52,011 nucleotides of DNA from an uncultured Steroidobacteraceae bacterium (GTDB lineage: Bacteria > Pseudomonadota > Gammaproteobacteria > Steroidobacterales > Steroidobacteraceae). A program made the position numbers and the translations under genes. This document shows, piece by piece, positions 7,981-16,073 of the stretch. Under the pieces are notes generated by a model. The model had not been told where the DNA came from, searched no databases, and saw nothing but the letters and a program-made list of their open reading frames with translations. Location: positions 1-52,011 of the forward strand of contig CAZXAS010000001.1 of NCBI GenBank assembly GCA_964638185.1, read 5' to 3'. Position 1 is the first letter of the stretch. Every line of letters begins with the position of its first letter.

Positions 7981-8285
7981 GTCGGCATGCTCCAGCGCGC
8001 GCCGAGGTCGATCGCTCGCCCGTTGACCAGCGGCACCAGGTCGGGGTCGCGCCCGATGCGGCCGGCCACCGGCGCGGCCAGGCGCACCACCGGCATCTCC
8101 GCCCAGGCCACCACGCGCGGCAGGATCTCGCCCTGCGCGTCGACCCACACCGGGCCGTCGCTCTCCTCGCCCACGTAGGCGCCGAGCTGCATCTCGGTGT
8201 CGCCATCGGCCAGCACCAGGATGTCGGTGTCGGCGTCGGGCAGATCGCCCGGCAGGTGATGCACTTCCAGGGTGATCGTGGTCAT
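7977..8285 (-). CDS. Hypothetical protein (102 aa)
   Basis: ORF in the operon chain with ATGA overlaps. Confidence 0.7.
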   Translation of the reverse strand: MTTITLEVHHLPGDLPDADTDILVLADGDTEMQLGAYVGEESDGPVWVDAQGEILPRVVAWAEMPVVRLAAPVAGRIGRDPDLVPLVNGRAIDLGARWSMPT

Positions 8286-8614
8286 GCCGCCTGCTCCAGC
8301 TGATAGTGGACCGGCAGGCAGATGTCCGCCGCGATGACGATCTCCATGCCGACGCGGTGTGCGACGTGCATCTCGAGATGCGCGCCCTGGCTCTTCTGCC
8401 AGCCAGGGAGCAGCGCGATCGTGTCGCAGGTCAGCAGCTCCTGCAGGTCCCTGCGCAGACAGTCGTGCCAGGAGACGCCAGGGTCCGGGTTCACGTCGAC
8501 CGGATTGACGACCTCGTAGCCCAGCCCGCGCAGCCGTGCGGCCTCAGCGTTGAACGCCGGGAAGTTGTGCTCGGGCATGTTGGACATCGGACCCGAGATG
8601 TAGATGCGGCGCAT
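8282..8614 (-). CDS. DUF4406-like / nucleoside 2-deoxyribosyltransferase-like protein (110 aa)
   Basis: N-terminus RRIYISGPMSNMPEHNFPAFNAEAARLRGLGYEVVNP is typical of this family (from memory). Confidence 0.7.
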   Translation of the reverse strand: MRRIYISGPMSNMPEHNFPAFNAEAARLRGLGYEVVNPVDVNPDPGVSWHDCLRRDLQELLTCDTIALLPGWQKSQGAHLEMHVAHRVGMEIVIAADICLPVHYQLEQAA

Positions 8615-8892
8615 CAGGCGGCCTCCCCGCAGTCCATCACGAAGCGCACGCCCATCGCGGCGACCTGGACAGCCTCCTCGACGGCGCCAGGCTTGTGGTT
8701 GCGCTTCACGTCATCCCACAGTTCGTCGACCTCCTCGGCGAGCACCGCGTAGCCTTCGTGGGTGCTGTTGAACGGCGGGTACTTCGTGATCGCGCGGATC
8801 ACTTCGGCGCGCACCTTGGCCAGCGCGACGTCGAGCGCGTCGATGCGCTCGGCGCTGAGGTAGCTGTTCACCTCGGATTGCGCGCCGCTCAT
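8614..8892 (-). CDS. MazG-like all-alpha NTP pyrophosphohydrolase candidate (92 aa)
   Basis: HEGYAVLAEEVDELWDDVK carries an ExxE...D acidic motif, and the protein is small. Confidence 0.55.
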   Translation of the reverse strand: MSGAQSEVNSYLSAERIDALDVALAKVRAEVIRAITKYPPFNSTHEGYAVLAEEVDELWDDVKRNHKPGAVEEAVQVAAMGVRFVMDCGEAA

Positions 8893-9743
8893 GCGGTTTC
8901 TCCAGCCGCTGCGGCGTGCTCGGCAGCACCGGCTTCCAGCGCAGCCTTCGTCTTCTCCCGGCCGCGCGCGGTGCGGCTCTGGGCCGGGCGACCGGACGCG
9001 GCCAGCGCAGCCTCGGGCGTCTCCGGGTTCGCGCCCTTGTCGTTCTTCGGAAACGGCCAGGCGCCATCGCCGGATACCTGCGGCGCGGCCTTGTGCGCCG
9101 GCGCAGGGCCAACGTCCTTGCCGGCGCGCGCGGCGGCGTGCTTCTCGGCCGGGCCCGGCTTGCGCGGCGCGGCGGCCTCGACCTTCTCGCCGTCGGCGCC
9201 GACGGCGTAGTCGATCGACGTCTGCTCGATGGTGGGCGGCTCCATCGTCATCGGCATCGTGCGGCTCTTCATCGAGCCCAGCTCGCCGAGCACCGCCTTC
9301 GAGACGTCCGGAGACTCCAGCGACAGATCGGCCACCACGGTGCCGCCCTCCTTGAACTGCAGCACCCAGTCGCTGAGGATGCAGTCCTTCACCAGGATGT
9401 TCGACTCCTTGCGGCCGGTGCCGATGATGATCTCGGTCGTGTAGCCGGTCATCTCGTAGGTCAGCGGCAGCTTGGCGATCTTGGCGCCCAGCTCGGTCAG
9501 GCGCGCCGACTTCTTCGGCGGCGGCTCGACGCCTTCGAGCGTGCTCTGGGTCTCCGGAGCCTTGGACGGCGGCTCATAGACGAACTCGGTGAGGTGCCCG
9601 CCGAAGTGCTCGAGCGCCTCGGCCGGGAGCTGCAGCTGCAGCTTCAGCTTCACGCCCGGCTTCTCGTCGGGCTTGCGGTTCTTCTGGCTGAGGGTGATGA
9701 CGTTCTTGACCTTGACGTCGGTGGCCTTGGTGAGTGCGAACAT
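8889..9743 (-). CDS. Hypothetical early protein (284 aa)
   Basis: Long ORF with coding-like composition and a disordered Ala/Pro/Lys-rich C-terminus. It lies next to the recombination genes. Confidence 0.75.
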   Translation of the reverse strand: MFALTKATDVKVKNVITLSQKNRKPDEKPGVKLKLQLQLPAEALEHFGGHLTEFVYEPPSKAPETQSTLEGVEPPPKKSARLTELGAKIAKLPLTYEMTGYTTEIIIGTGRKESNILVKDCILSDWVLQFKEGGTVVADLSLESPDVSKAVLGELGSMKSRTMPMTMEPPTIEQTSIDYAVGADGEKVEAAAPRKPGPAEKHAAARAGKDVGPAPAHKAAPQVSGDGAWPFPKNDKGANPETPEAALAASGRPAQSRTARGREKTKAALEAGAAEHAAAAGETA

Positions 9744-9774
9744 GCTCTGGGCTCCTTGGGTGGTGGGAAGGTGA

Positions 9775-9996
9775 TCAGTGCTTCGGCGTCTCTGCCGCCG
9801 GCATGGCGGTCAGGCCTTCGCCGAGCTCATCGCGGGCGCGCTGCACGAGCGTGGACACCGCGGCGCCGAGGTCGGCCTGCACCGCGCGCTGCAGGCGGCA
9901 CGCTTCGCAGCGCTCGCGATGCCACCAGACGTGCAGGCGGTGCTTGACGCGGTTGATCCGCGCCATCTGGATCTGCTCGCGCAGCGGGGCGGTCAT
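9775..9996 (-). CDS. Hypothetical protein (73 aa)
   Basis: ORF in the operon; overlaps the upstream gene by 4 nt. Confidence 0.55.
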   Translation of the reverse strand: MTAPLREQIQMARINRVKHRLHVWWHRERCEACRLQRAVQADLGAAVSTLVQRARDELGEGLTAMPAAETPKH

Positions 9997-10211
9997 GGCA
10001 GCGTCCCCTGGCCGTCGTCGGCCTTGGCGCCCGGCTCCTCGACCGGGATGCCAGCCTTGAACGCTGCTTCGAGGTCGGCCTGCGTGGCCACGCGCACCGA
10101 GTAGGTGGCGCGCGCCACGTGCATCAGCGCCGGGTTCGGATGCGTGGCGCGCACGAGGCGCTGCACACCGTCCTTCGTGACGGAGTAGATCCGCTTGGTG
10201 GTCGTTGCCAT
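9993..10211 (-). CDS. Hypothetical protein (72 aa)
   Basis: ORF directly downstream of recT. Confidence 0.6.
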   Translation of the reverse strand: MATTTKRIYSVTKDGVQRLVRATHPNPALMHVARATYSVRVATQADLEAAFKAGIPVEEPGAKADDGQGTLP

Positions 10212-10214
10212 GGA

Positions 10215-11396
10215 TCAGCCCTCCACCGGGAAGGTGCGGTCGACCAGCGCCTTCAGGTCGGCCTGCTGATCGGGCGGCAGCTCGCGGGCGGCGTCGAGCT
10301 CGGTGAGCGCGTCGTCGCGGTTGCGCGCGCGCTTCGTGATCGCGTCGGCGATCTGCGCGTAGGTGACGGCCGGCGCTGCGGGCGCGCTGCGCTTGGCGGA
10401 CTTCGCGGCAGGCTTGTCGGTAGCCGGCGTCGCCGCGGGCTGAGCTTCGCGCCTCTGGGTGGTGCCGAAGGCCTCCATGCTGCGCTCGGCCTGGTCGTCG
10501 CGGTCATCCGTCAGCGCGGCCGGCGCGTCGGCGCCACCGTCGCGCACCTCGCGCACCAGATCCGGGTCGGTCAGGGCGCCCAGGTCGAGCGTGCCGGCAT
10601 CGGCGGCGTTGTCGATCTCGGCGGCCACCGCGAGCACCGGCGAGGCGTCGAGCGGGAGCTGCTTCGCGTGCTTCTTCGTAGCCGACTTCGCCGCCATGTC
10701 GTCGAGCCACATCACCCAAGGCGTCTCGGCCAGCTTCGCCTCGGCCTTCTGGCGCTCCTGGTCATTGCGCGCACGCTCGATCGCGGCCGTCAGCGCGCGG
10801 AAGGTCTCGCTGCGCGCCCGGATCTTCAGGATCTCTTCCAGCGGCAGCACGCAGGCCACCTCCGCGTCATCCGCCAGGCGGGCGTAGCTGAAGGCGCCGA
10901 TCAGGTCGCCGCGGTCGGTGAGGGCCTTCTCGAACTCCAGCATGCCCTGCGAGCCGACGCGGTGCTTCCAGTGGTCACCCTTGCGGATGGCCTCGGCCTC
11001 GAGCGACTTGATGATCGGCGACCGGTAGGCCAGCGTGCGGAAGCCGCGCGCGCCGATCTGGAACTGGCAGTCGTAGACCTTCACCCACTCGTCGCCGACC
11101 TTCTTGTTCCGCGCGTAGGGGATCAGGAAGGCCTGCTGCTGCACCGTGTTGGGCTCGAGGTCCAGCGCAGCCGAGGCCATCATGGCGCCGAGCACCGTCT
11201 TCGGGTCGCACTTCAGGAGGTCGGGCGTCTTGTGCACGGCGTTGATGCACAGGCGCAGCATCTTGTCCGGCTGCAGGTACTTGCCCGCGACGGCGGCCAT
11301 GCCCTTGGCGACCTTCGGGTTCTCCAGCAGGGCCAGGATGCCCTGCTGCTTGGTCTCGGCCTGGCCAGTGGCCACGGCGCGCAATGCGGTGTTCAT
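10215..11396 (-). CDS. recT: RecT-family single-strand annealing recombinase (393 aa)
   Basis: N-terminal two-thirds look like RecT (LRLCINAV...AFLIPY...QFQIGARGF). It is paired with an upstream YqaJ-type exonuclease. Confidence 0.9.
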   Translation of the reverse strand: MNTALRAVATGQAETKQQGILALLENPKVAKGMAAVAGKYLQPDKMLRLCINAVHKTPDLLKCDPKTVLGAMMASAALDLEPNTVQQQAFLIPYARNKKVGDEWVKVYDCQFQIGARGFRTLAYRSPIIKSLEAEAIRKGDHWKHRVGSQGMLEFEKALTDRGDLIGAFSYARLADDAEVACVLPLEEILKIRARSETFRALTAAIERARNDQERQKAEAKLAETPWVMWLDDMAAKSATKKHAKQLPLDASPVLAVAAEIDNAADAGTLDLGALTDPDLVREVRDGGADAPAALTDDRDDQAERSMEAFGTTQRREAQPAATPATDKPAAKSAKRSAPAAPAVTYAQIADAITKRARNRDDALTELDAARELPPDQQADLKALVDRTFPVEG

Positions 11397-11435
11397 GCGT
11401 CGGTCGTCCTCTCTGAGGGTGGTGGTGGAAGCTGG

Positions 11436-12371
11436 TCAGCCGCGCTTGGCGGCAAAGCGCAGCACGCGGGTCGTGCTGCGGCGGGTGAACATCTCTTCCC
11501 AGTCCGGGTGCTTCCGGCGAAAGGAATGCAGGTCGAAGCTGGAGCGAGGCTGCTCCTCGAAGCTCATCAGGTCGCGCACGCCGGACGTCAGCAGTGCGTT
11601 GTCGCCCATGAACTGGGCGATCTGGAAGCGCAGCACGGTCTCACGCTCCTCGAGGTCCTTGGTCTGCTTCGCGAGTTCGCGCAGCTCGGCGACTTTGGCG
11701 GCGATCTCGGGCGTGGCCTCGATGGCGGCCGGGCGCGACTTCGGGAACAAGCCGCGCACGTCCTCCAGGCTGGTCGGCGCCGGCGGCACCTTGGCCTTGA
11801 CGTTGTCGGTCCAGAAGCGCAGCTCGCGCTCTTGGATGGCCTGGATCGTCACGTCGTCGCGGCGCGTCCAGTAGAGGTCCACGTCGTCCAGCGAGCGCAG
11901 CGCCGAGACGAGGGTGCGCTGGCGCTGGCCAGGGTGCACCATCAGGCCGTGCATGAACTGCGCGGCGTAGTGGATCGGGATGTCCTCGGAACCAGGCTCG
12001 CCCCAGCGGTCGGCCTGGCTGTAGTGCACGCTCTTGCCGTCCCAGTTCATCTCCTCGCCGTCGACCTCGAGCTCGGCGTCGATCTCGGCGGATAGGAAGC
12101 GGTGCTTCGGGTGGCGGTACCGGCGGTTCTTGGCCAGCACCTTCACGTGGTGCCCCTGCTCGCGCAACTTGTCGACGGTCATCTCGAGGATTACCGGTTC
12201 GAGAAGCCGGCCCCGCTTGAACAGCGCTTCCTGCTGGGCGTTGGCCTCGCGGACGGCGCGGCCGGTCTTCTCAAGCCACAGGTCGACGATGGAGCGCTTC
12301 GGGTGCACGCCGAGGATCACCGCGGCGTCGGTGCCTCCAAGGAAGGCAGCGCGGCTGGCGGTGGTGGCCAT
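11436..12371 (-). CDS. YqaJ/lambda-Exo-like viral recombinase exonuclease (311 aa)
   Basis: N-terminus FLGGTDAAVILGVHPKRSIVDLWLEKTG is typical of YqaJ. It sits upstream of recT. Confidence 0.85.
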   Translation of the reverse strand: MATTASRAAFLGGTDAAVILGVHPKRSIVDLWLEKTGRAVREANAQQEALFKRGRLLEPVILEMTVDKLREQGHHVKVLAKNRRYRHPKHRFLSAEIDAELEVDGEEMNWDGKSVHYSQADRWGEPGSEDIPIHYAAQFMHGLMVHPGQRQRTLVSALRSLDDVDLYWTRRDDVTIQAIQERELRFWTDNVKAKVPPAPTSLEDVRGLFPKSRPAAIEATPEIAAKVAELRELAKQTKDLEERETVLRFQIAQFMGDNALLTSGVRDLMSFEEQPRSSFDLHSFRRKHPDWEEMFTRRSTTRVLRFAAKRG

Positions 12372-12661
12372 CAGGCACCCTCCGTAGCTTTGGCGATTGC
12401 TGCGTAGAGCATGCTCAGCTGCTGCTCAGCGCTCGACCATCCCTCCAGCCACACTGCAGCCTCGCGGCATGCTTGCAGCAGATCCGGAGCCGCGGCGATC
12501 AGAAGAGCGTTGGCGCGGACCTCTTCTTGAGCACGCAACTGCATCCCGCACATCGCGATGCCGGCGGTCTGTGGTTCGCCTTCAGGCCGCTTTGCCGGCC
12601 CGCCGACGCAGCGACCATCGCGGAACACAAACCAAGGCGCGGGCGTATGCTGAGTTCTCAC
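12371..12661 (-). CDS. Hypothetical phage protein (96 aa)
   Basis: HTPAPW...ANALLIAAAPDLLQA motif recalled from a recurrent phage family of unknown function. Confidence 0.7.
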   Translation of the reverse strand: MRTQHTPAPWFVFRDGRCVGGPAKRPEGEPQTAGIAMCGMQLRAQEEVRANALLIAAAPDLLQACREAAVWLEGWSSAEQQLSMLYAAIAKATEGA

Positions 12662-12891
12662 GACAGCACCTCGTACACCGCGATGCGCGCGCGGAGATCG
12701 GACTCCAGGTTCACGCTGTTGATCAGGTACAGCGGGCCCAGCGGAACGCCGGCACGCTCGTACCCCTCGCGCTCATCGACAACGCTGCGCAGAAGCCAGC
12801 GCAGGTACGCAAGGCGCAGCCGGCGGACGACCCGCTGCCACAGCGGCCGGTGCGTCGGGATGACGTAGGTGGCGGAGTGGAGGCGGCTCAC
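12658..12891 (-). CDS. Hypothetical protein (77 aa, GTG start)
   Basis: The GTG at 12891 overlaps the upstream stop (GTGA). The N-terminal extension in the track ORF looks non-coding. Confidence 0.5.
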   Translation of the reverse strand: MSRLHSATYVIPTHRPLWQRVVRRLRLAYLRWLLRSVVDEREGYERAGVPLGPLYLINSVNLESDLRARIAVYEVLS

Positions 12892-13001
12892 AGCAGCACC
12901 GCCTGCAGGATCTGCCCGCCGATGAACCCGATCACGAAGCAGCCGATGCAGAACACGGCGACCTCGAGAGCGCCGCGGCCGGTCTCGACGATGGCCTTCA
13001 T
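12888..13001 (-). CDS. Small membrane protein (37 aa)
   Basis: MKAIVETGRGALEVAVFCIGCFVIGFIGGQILQAVLL has one TM helix. ATGA overlap with the upstream gene. Confidence 0.45.
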   Translation of the reverse strand: MKAIVETGRGALEVAVFCIGCFVIGFIGGQILQAVLL

Positions 13002-13207
13002 CGCGCCACCCCGTGCACGTGGATGTTGACCAGCTCGCGGACAGCCTCGGGCTCGTAGCCCATGCGGCGGAATCCCTCCTCGGCACGCTTGGCGCGCAGG
13101 CGGCGCGCGAGGCGCTCCAGGCGGGCCAGCCGGGAGGCGGCCAGCAACTCGGCGTTGAACGCCGCCGGCGGAAGCGTCGGGTCGACGTGGATGCGGGCGG
13201 GCGCCAT
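12998..13207 (-). CDS. Hypothetical protein (69 aa)
   Basis: ORF in the operon chain. Confidence 0.6.
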   Translation of the reverse strand: MAPARIHVDPTLPPAAFNAELLAASRLARLERLARRLRAKRAEEGFRRMGYEPEAVRELVNIHVHGVAR

Positions 13208-13683
13208 CAGAACCCCCGCTGCGCGCTGATGCCGCCGAGCCAGATGCGGCGCACCGTGTGGAACGACTCACGCTCGTCGCCGGCCTGCGTGTCGAAACCA
13301 CCGGAGAACACGAATTCGCGCGAAGTCGGGGACACGTTGATGAGGTCGAACTTCGGGCCGACGAACGTGACGGCGCCGTGCGAGTCACGCGGATGCTTCG
13401 CCTGGTGCGCCTTCGAGTCGCGCAGCTTCTTCGCCCACGCGGCCACCAGGCCGGCGCCGAAGGTGCCCTTCACGGTCTTGCCGGCGCGGCGCGCGTTGTT
13501 GCGCAGCTGGTCGCGCTGCGATGGGGCCTTGTGCTGGTCGCCCAGGCCCTTCAGCCGCACCGGCTGGCCCGTCTCGACATCACGGCCCAGCGCGGCGACG
13601 TAGCGGCTCGTGGCCAGGCGCTGGCGGTACTGTTCTTTCGACTCGCCCGGTTGGCGCTCCGGTCGGTGCAGCGTGCTTTCCAT
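13207..13683 (-). CDS. Basic hypothetical protein, first gene of the leftward early operon (158 aa)
   Basis: The ATG at 13683 is preceded by GGGAG, about 34 nt downstream of the predicted leftward promoter. Confidence 0.65.
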   Translation of the reverse strand: MESTLHRPERQPGESKEQYRQRLATSRYVAALGRDVETGQPVRLKGLGDQHKAPSQRDQLRNNARRAGKTVKGTFGAGLVAAWAKKLRDSKAHQAKHPRDSHGAVTFVGPKFDLINVSPTSREFVFSGGFDTQAGDERESFHTVRRIWLGGISAQRGF

Positions 13684-13723
13684 CTCTGATCTCCCTCGCC
13701 CCGTGAGGTGGGGCGGTGAAGTC

Positions 13724-13770
13724 ATTACACCAAACGGTGTCGCGCATGTCAACACCAAACGGTGTCGCGC
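13724..13770 (-). promoter_or_regulatory. PL-like early leftward promoter with two 14-bp palindromic operators
   Basis: On the minus strand: TTGACA (13747-13752), a 17-nt spacer, then TGTAAT (13724-13729). Operators ACACCAAACGGTGT lie at 13727-13740 and 13752-13765, 25 bp centre to centre. Confidence 0.6.
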
Positions 13771-13805
13771 TGATTGCGTAATCGCTTACGTAGTTCGGGA
13801 GAGCG

Positions 13806-13830
13806 TGAAAAAGCCCGCGCGCGGCGGGCT
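13806..13830 (-). terminator. Rho-independent terminator of the repressor operon
   Basis: The minus strand reads AGCCCGC-CGCGC-GCGGGCT followed by TTTTT, about 20 nt after the stop of the DUF4124-like gene. Confidence 0.7.
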
Positions 13831-13849
13831 GAGACGCGGAAGGGCGCGG

Positions 13850-14434
13850 CTACTGAGCGGCTTGGCGCGAGCAGTCCGCCGCGGAGACGCGGCCCTCGAA
13901 GCCGGCGATCAGCCGATCGCGGTCGATGTAGGTGTAGGTCATCGACTGCAGTTCGTTCTTCCGCATGAAGTTGATCAGCGCCGTGGTGCTCTTCGAGGTG
14001 AGATCGACCAGCGCTTCCTTCGCATCCGTGAGGCACGCCGGCACGACGGCAACTTCGGCCTCGCGCTGGACCGCCTGCATCGTCGCGACGGGGCCAGCCA
14101 GGGAGACGCGCGCTGTCGAGCTGGCCAGCCGCTCGGCATCAGCCCACCGGCGATAGATGCCCAGCAGCGCGCCGGCCTCCTGCGGGCCGGTGATCTTCGT
14201 GTTCGGATCGACGGGCAGGGTGCCCGCGGAGGTCGTGCGCGGGGCGCTCGGAGAGGCTTGGCCTGCGCCCCATGTCTTGACGGTCTCCGAGCCGGTCGAG
14301 GTCGTCTGGCACGGCGCGTCCTGGTAGACCACCTTGCCGTCCTTCTGGGTGCACTTGTTGATCGCGAGCGCGTGCCCGCTGGACGCGAGTCCGAGCGACA
14401 GGAGCAGCAGCTGGAGGTGGAGGCGTTCAGTCAC
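13850..14434 (-). CDS. Secreted DUF4124-like protein (194 aa), co-transcribed with the repressor
   Basis: Signal peptide LHLQLLLLSLGLASSGHA. INKCTQKDGKVVYQDAPC resembles the DUF4124 signature. The GTG start lies 1 nt after the repressor stop. Confidence 0.8.
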   Translation of the reverse strand: MTERLHLQLLLLSLGLASSGHALAINKCTQKDGKVVYQDAPCQTTSTGSETVKTWGAGQASPSAPRTTSAGTLPVDPNTKITGPQEAGALLGIYRRWADAERLASSTARVSLAGPVATMQAVQREAEVAVVPACLTDAKEALVDLTSKSTTALINFMRKNELQSMTYTYIDRDRLIAGFEGRVSAADCSRQAAQ

Positions 14435-14435
14435 G

Positions 14436-14951
14436 TCAGTTCCCGGCTCGGTCTTTCAGCAGTTCCTTGGCGATTCGCTGCCAGTACTCGGCCTTCTGCT
14501 TCATCTCCGTTCGAATGCGATCCCGCTCTTCCTGCGGGAACGATCGAAGCGCGTCGAGGATGGCCCACTCGCTCTCGCTCGGCGGCGTTCGAGTGTCGGT
14601 GAACTTCGGGTCTGGCTTGGGCGGTTCGATCGGGCCGGCAGTGTAGGGGCGCTTCGCCTCCATCACGACCATCCTGTCGCCCGACAAGGTGACGATGTCC
14701 GGGCCGCCGTGCCCTCGCTCGGTCGGGTTGTCCAGGTAGCCGCGTGGCAGGGGAGGCTCCAGCGCGGATTCGATCTTGCGAGCCATCTTCTCGCCGAATG
14801 ACTTGTTGCCCTTGAGCAGGTCCCGCCAGTACGTGTCGCGCGCGATCTTCAAGCCGCTCAGGTAGGCCACTTGGGCGTGTTGCTCCTTCAGGCCTCGCGC
14901 CTTGAGCACCCCGAGGAGGGCCTCACGCCGGATCAGTGCTTCGTCACCCAT
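14436..14951 (-). CDS. CI-like prophage repressor, N-terminal HTH, no recognisable S24 peptidase domain (171 aa)
   Basis: Divergent from the cro-like gene. AQVAYLSGLKIARDTYWRDLLKGNKSFGEKMARKIESAL resembles the phage CI repressor HTH. The ATG at 14951 was chosen because the upstream extension covers the operators. Confidence 0.8.
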   Translation of the reverse strand: MGDEALIRREALLGVLKARGLKEQHAQVAYLSGLKIARDTYWRDLLKGNKSFGEKMARKIESALEPPLPRGYLDNPTERGHGGPDIVTLSGDRMVVMEAKRPYTAGPIEPPKPDPKFTDTRTPPSESEWAILDALRSFPQEERDRIRTEMKQKAEYWQRIAKELLKDRAGN

Positions 14952-14975
14952 GGTCGCGAGTGAACGCCCGAGGTG

Positions 14976-15017
14976 ACACCAAACAGTGTTGACACCGACG
15001 ACACCATTTGGTGTAAT
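14976..15017 (+). promoter_or_regulatory. PR-like early rightward promoter with two palindromic operators
   Basis: ACACCAAACAGTGT (14976-14989), TTGACA (14989-14994), a 17-nt spacer, TGTAAT (15012-15017). The second operator ACACCATTTGGTGT is at 15001-15014. Architecture is the same as at 13724-13770. Confidence 0.65.
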
Positions 15018-15024
15018 CGTCTGC

Positions 15025-15324
15025 ATGGACCTCAAGGCCTTCATCAAGTCGCTACGCGATAGATCCGCCCGCGAGGCCTTCGCAACACGGGTGGGATCGA
15101 CTCTCGGGCACCTGAACAACGTCGCGCTCGGCTACAAGCCCTGCGCTCCGCTGCTCGCCACCGCGATCGAGCTCGACACCGAGCGCACGGTGAGGCGTTG
15201 GGAACTGCGGCCCGAGGACTGGCACCTGATCTGGCCGGAGTTGATCGGTGCGGCCGGCGCGCCCAACGTGCTGGCGAGCGCAGCTGAGGGGGCGGCCAGC
15301 GAGCCCGTAGCGAAGGCGGCCTGA
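15025..15324 (+). CDS. Cro/YdaS-like HTH regulator (99 aa)
   Basis: First rightward gene. GSTLGHLNNVALGYKPCAPLLATAIELDT is HTH-like. The ATG lies 7-8 nt after the -10 element, so the transcript may be leaderless. Confidence 0.75.
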   Translation: MDLKAFIKSLRDRSAREAFATRVGSTLGHLNNVALGYKPCAPLLATAIELDTERTVRRWELRPEDWHLIWPELIGAAGAPNVLASAAEGAASEPVAKAA

Positions 15325-15680
15325 GCCATGCCCGGGCCTCACAGCAGTATCCCCGCGGCGAGCAGCCGCCGAACCCTTCGGAGCATGCGCTTCATCGCTC
15401 GGCGCGCCCAGATGGCGTCAGTCGCGGCCGACATCGCTGCTCCCTCCCTTTGCCCGGCCGGTCGCGACATGGCCCGCCGTCTTCGCCACCAGGTCCGTTC
15501 CTCCCTCGGACCGTCCAGCACCTGTGAGAGCGCGGTGCTGAACCTTCGCGGCGCGTCGGCCGGCCGGGCCCCTTATCTCGATCGCGTGTTTCGCATCCAT
15601 GGCGCCACTGTGGCCCGTGGTGAAGGCGCGGCCAACGAACCCGTTCCGACACGCGCCTGGCGCGTCTGAAGGAGTCTGAA

Positions 15681-16073
15681 ATGGATCAAGTCGAGCACCT
15701 TCACGAGGCCCTCATCGAGGCGGTGAAGGCCTGCGGCGGCACGAAGCGAGTCGCCGCGCTCCTGTGGCCGGCCAAGGCCGCGCAGAACCTCGAGGCCGCG
15801 CGCCGACACCTGGCGAACTGCCTGAACCCGGAGTGCGCCGAGAAGCTCTCGCTCGAAGAGCTGATGCTGATCGTGCGCACCGCGCGCGAGGCCGGAGACC
15901 ACACGGTGATGCGCTTCCTCGCGGAGTCGCTGAGCTACTCCGACCCGGAGCCGATCGCGGTCGAAGACAAGGTCGACGACCTGCAGCGCCAGTTCGTCTC
16001 CGCGACGGCGCAGCTGGCCTCGCTGGCCGAGCAGATGCAGGTGCTGCAGCGCCGCGCGCGGAGGGCATCGTGA
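15681..16073 (+). CDS. Early protein at the cII-equivalent position, possible regulator (130 aa)
   Basis: Good RBS (AAGGAG, 8 nt upstream). Coding-like composition. Function not recognised. Confidence 0.7.
   Translation: MDQVEHLHEALIEAVKACGGTKRVAALLWPAKAAQNLEAARRHLANCLNPECAEKLSLEELMLIVRTAREAGDHTVMRFLAESLSYSDPEPIAVEDKVDDLQRQFVSATAQLASLAEQMQVLQRRARRAS

Noticed and set aside
10119-12095. 658-aa plus-strand ORF opposite recT and the exonuclease
   Set aside because: GC-rich shadow frame. The opposite strand carries recognisable RecT and YqaJ motifs.
13699-13713. boxB/nutL-like hairpin (CCCC-ACCTCAC-GGGG on the minus strand) in the PL leader, with the first PL gene as an N-like antiterminator
   Set aside because: The stem is only 4 bp. 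No matching second copy was found on the PR side, and the 158-aa protein has no recognisable N-type Arg-rich motif.
15328-15669. 113-aa plus-strand ORF called as a gene
   Set aside because: It has no RBS, an atypical composition and weaker codon bias than its neighbours. It is kept only as an unexplained region in the findings.
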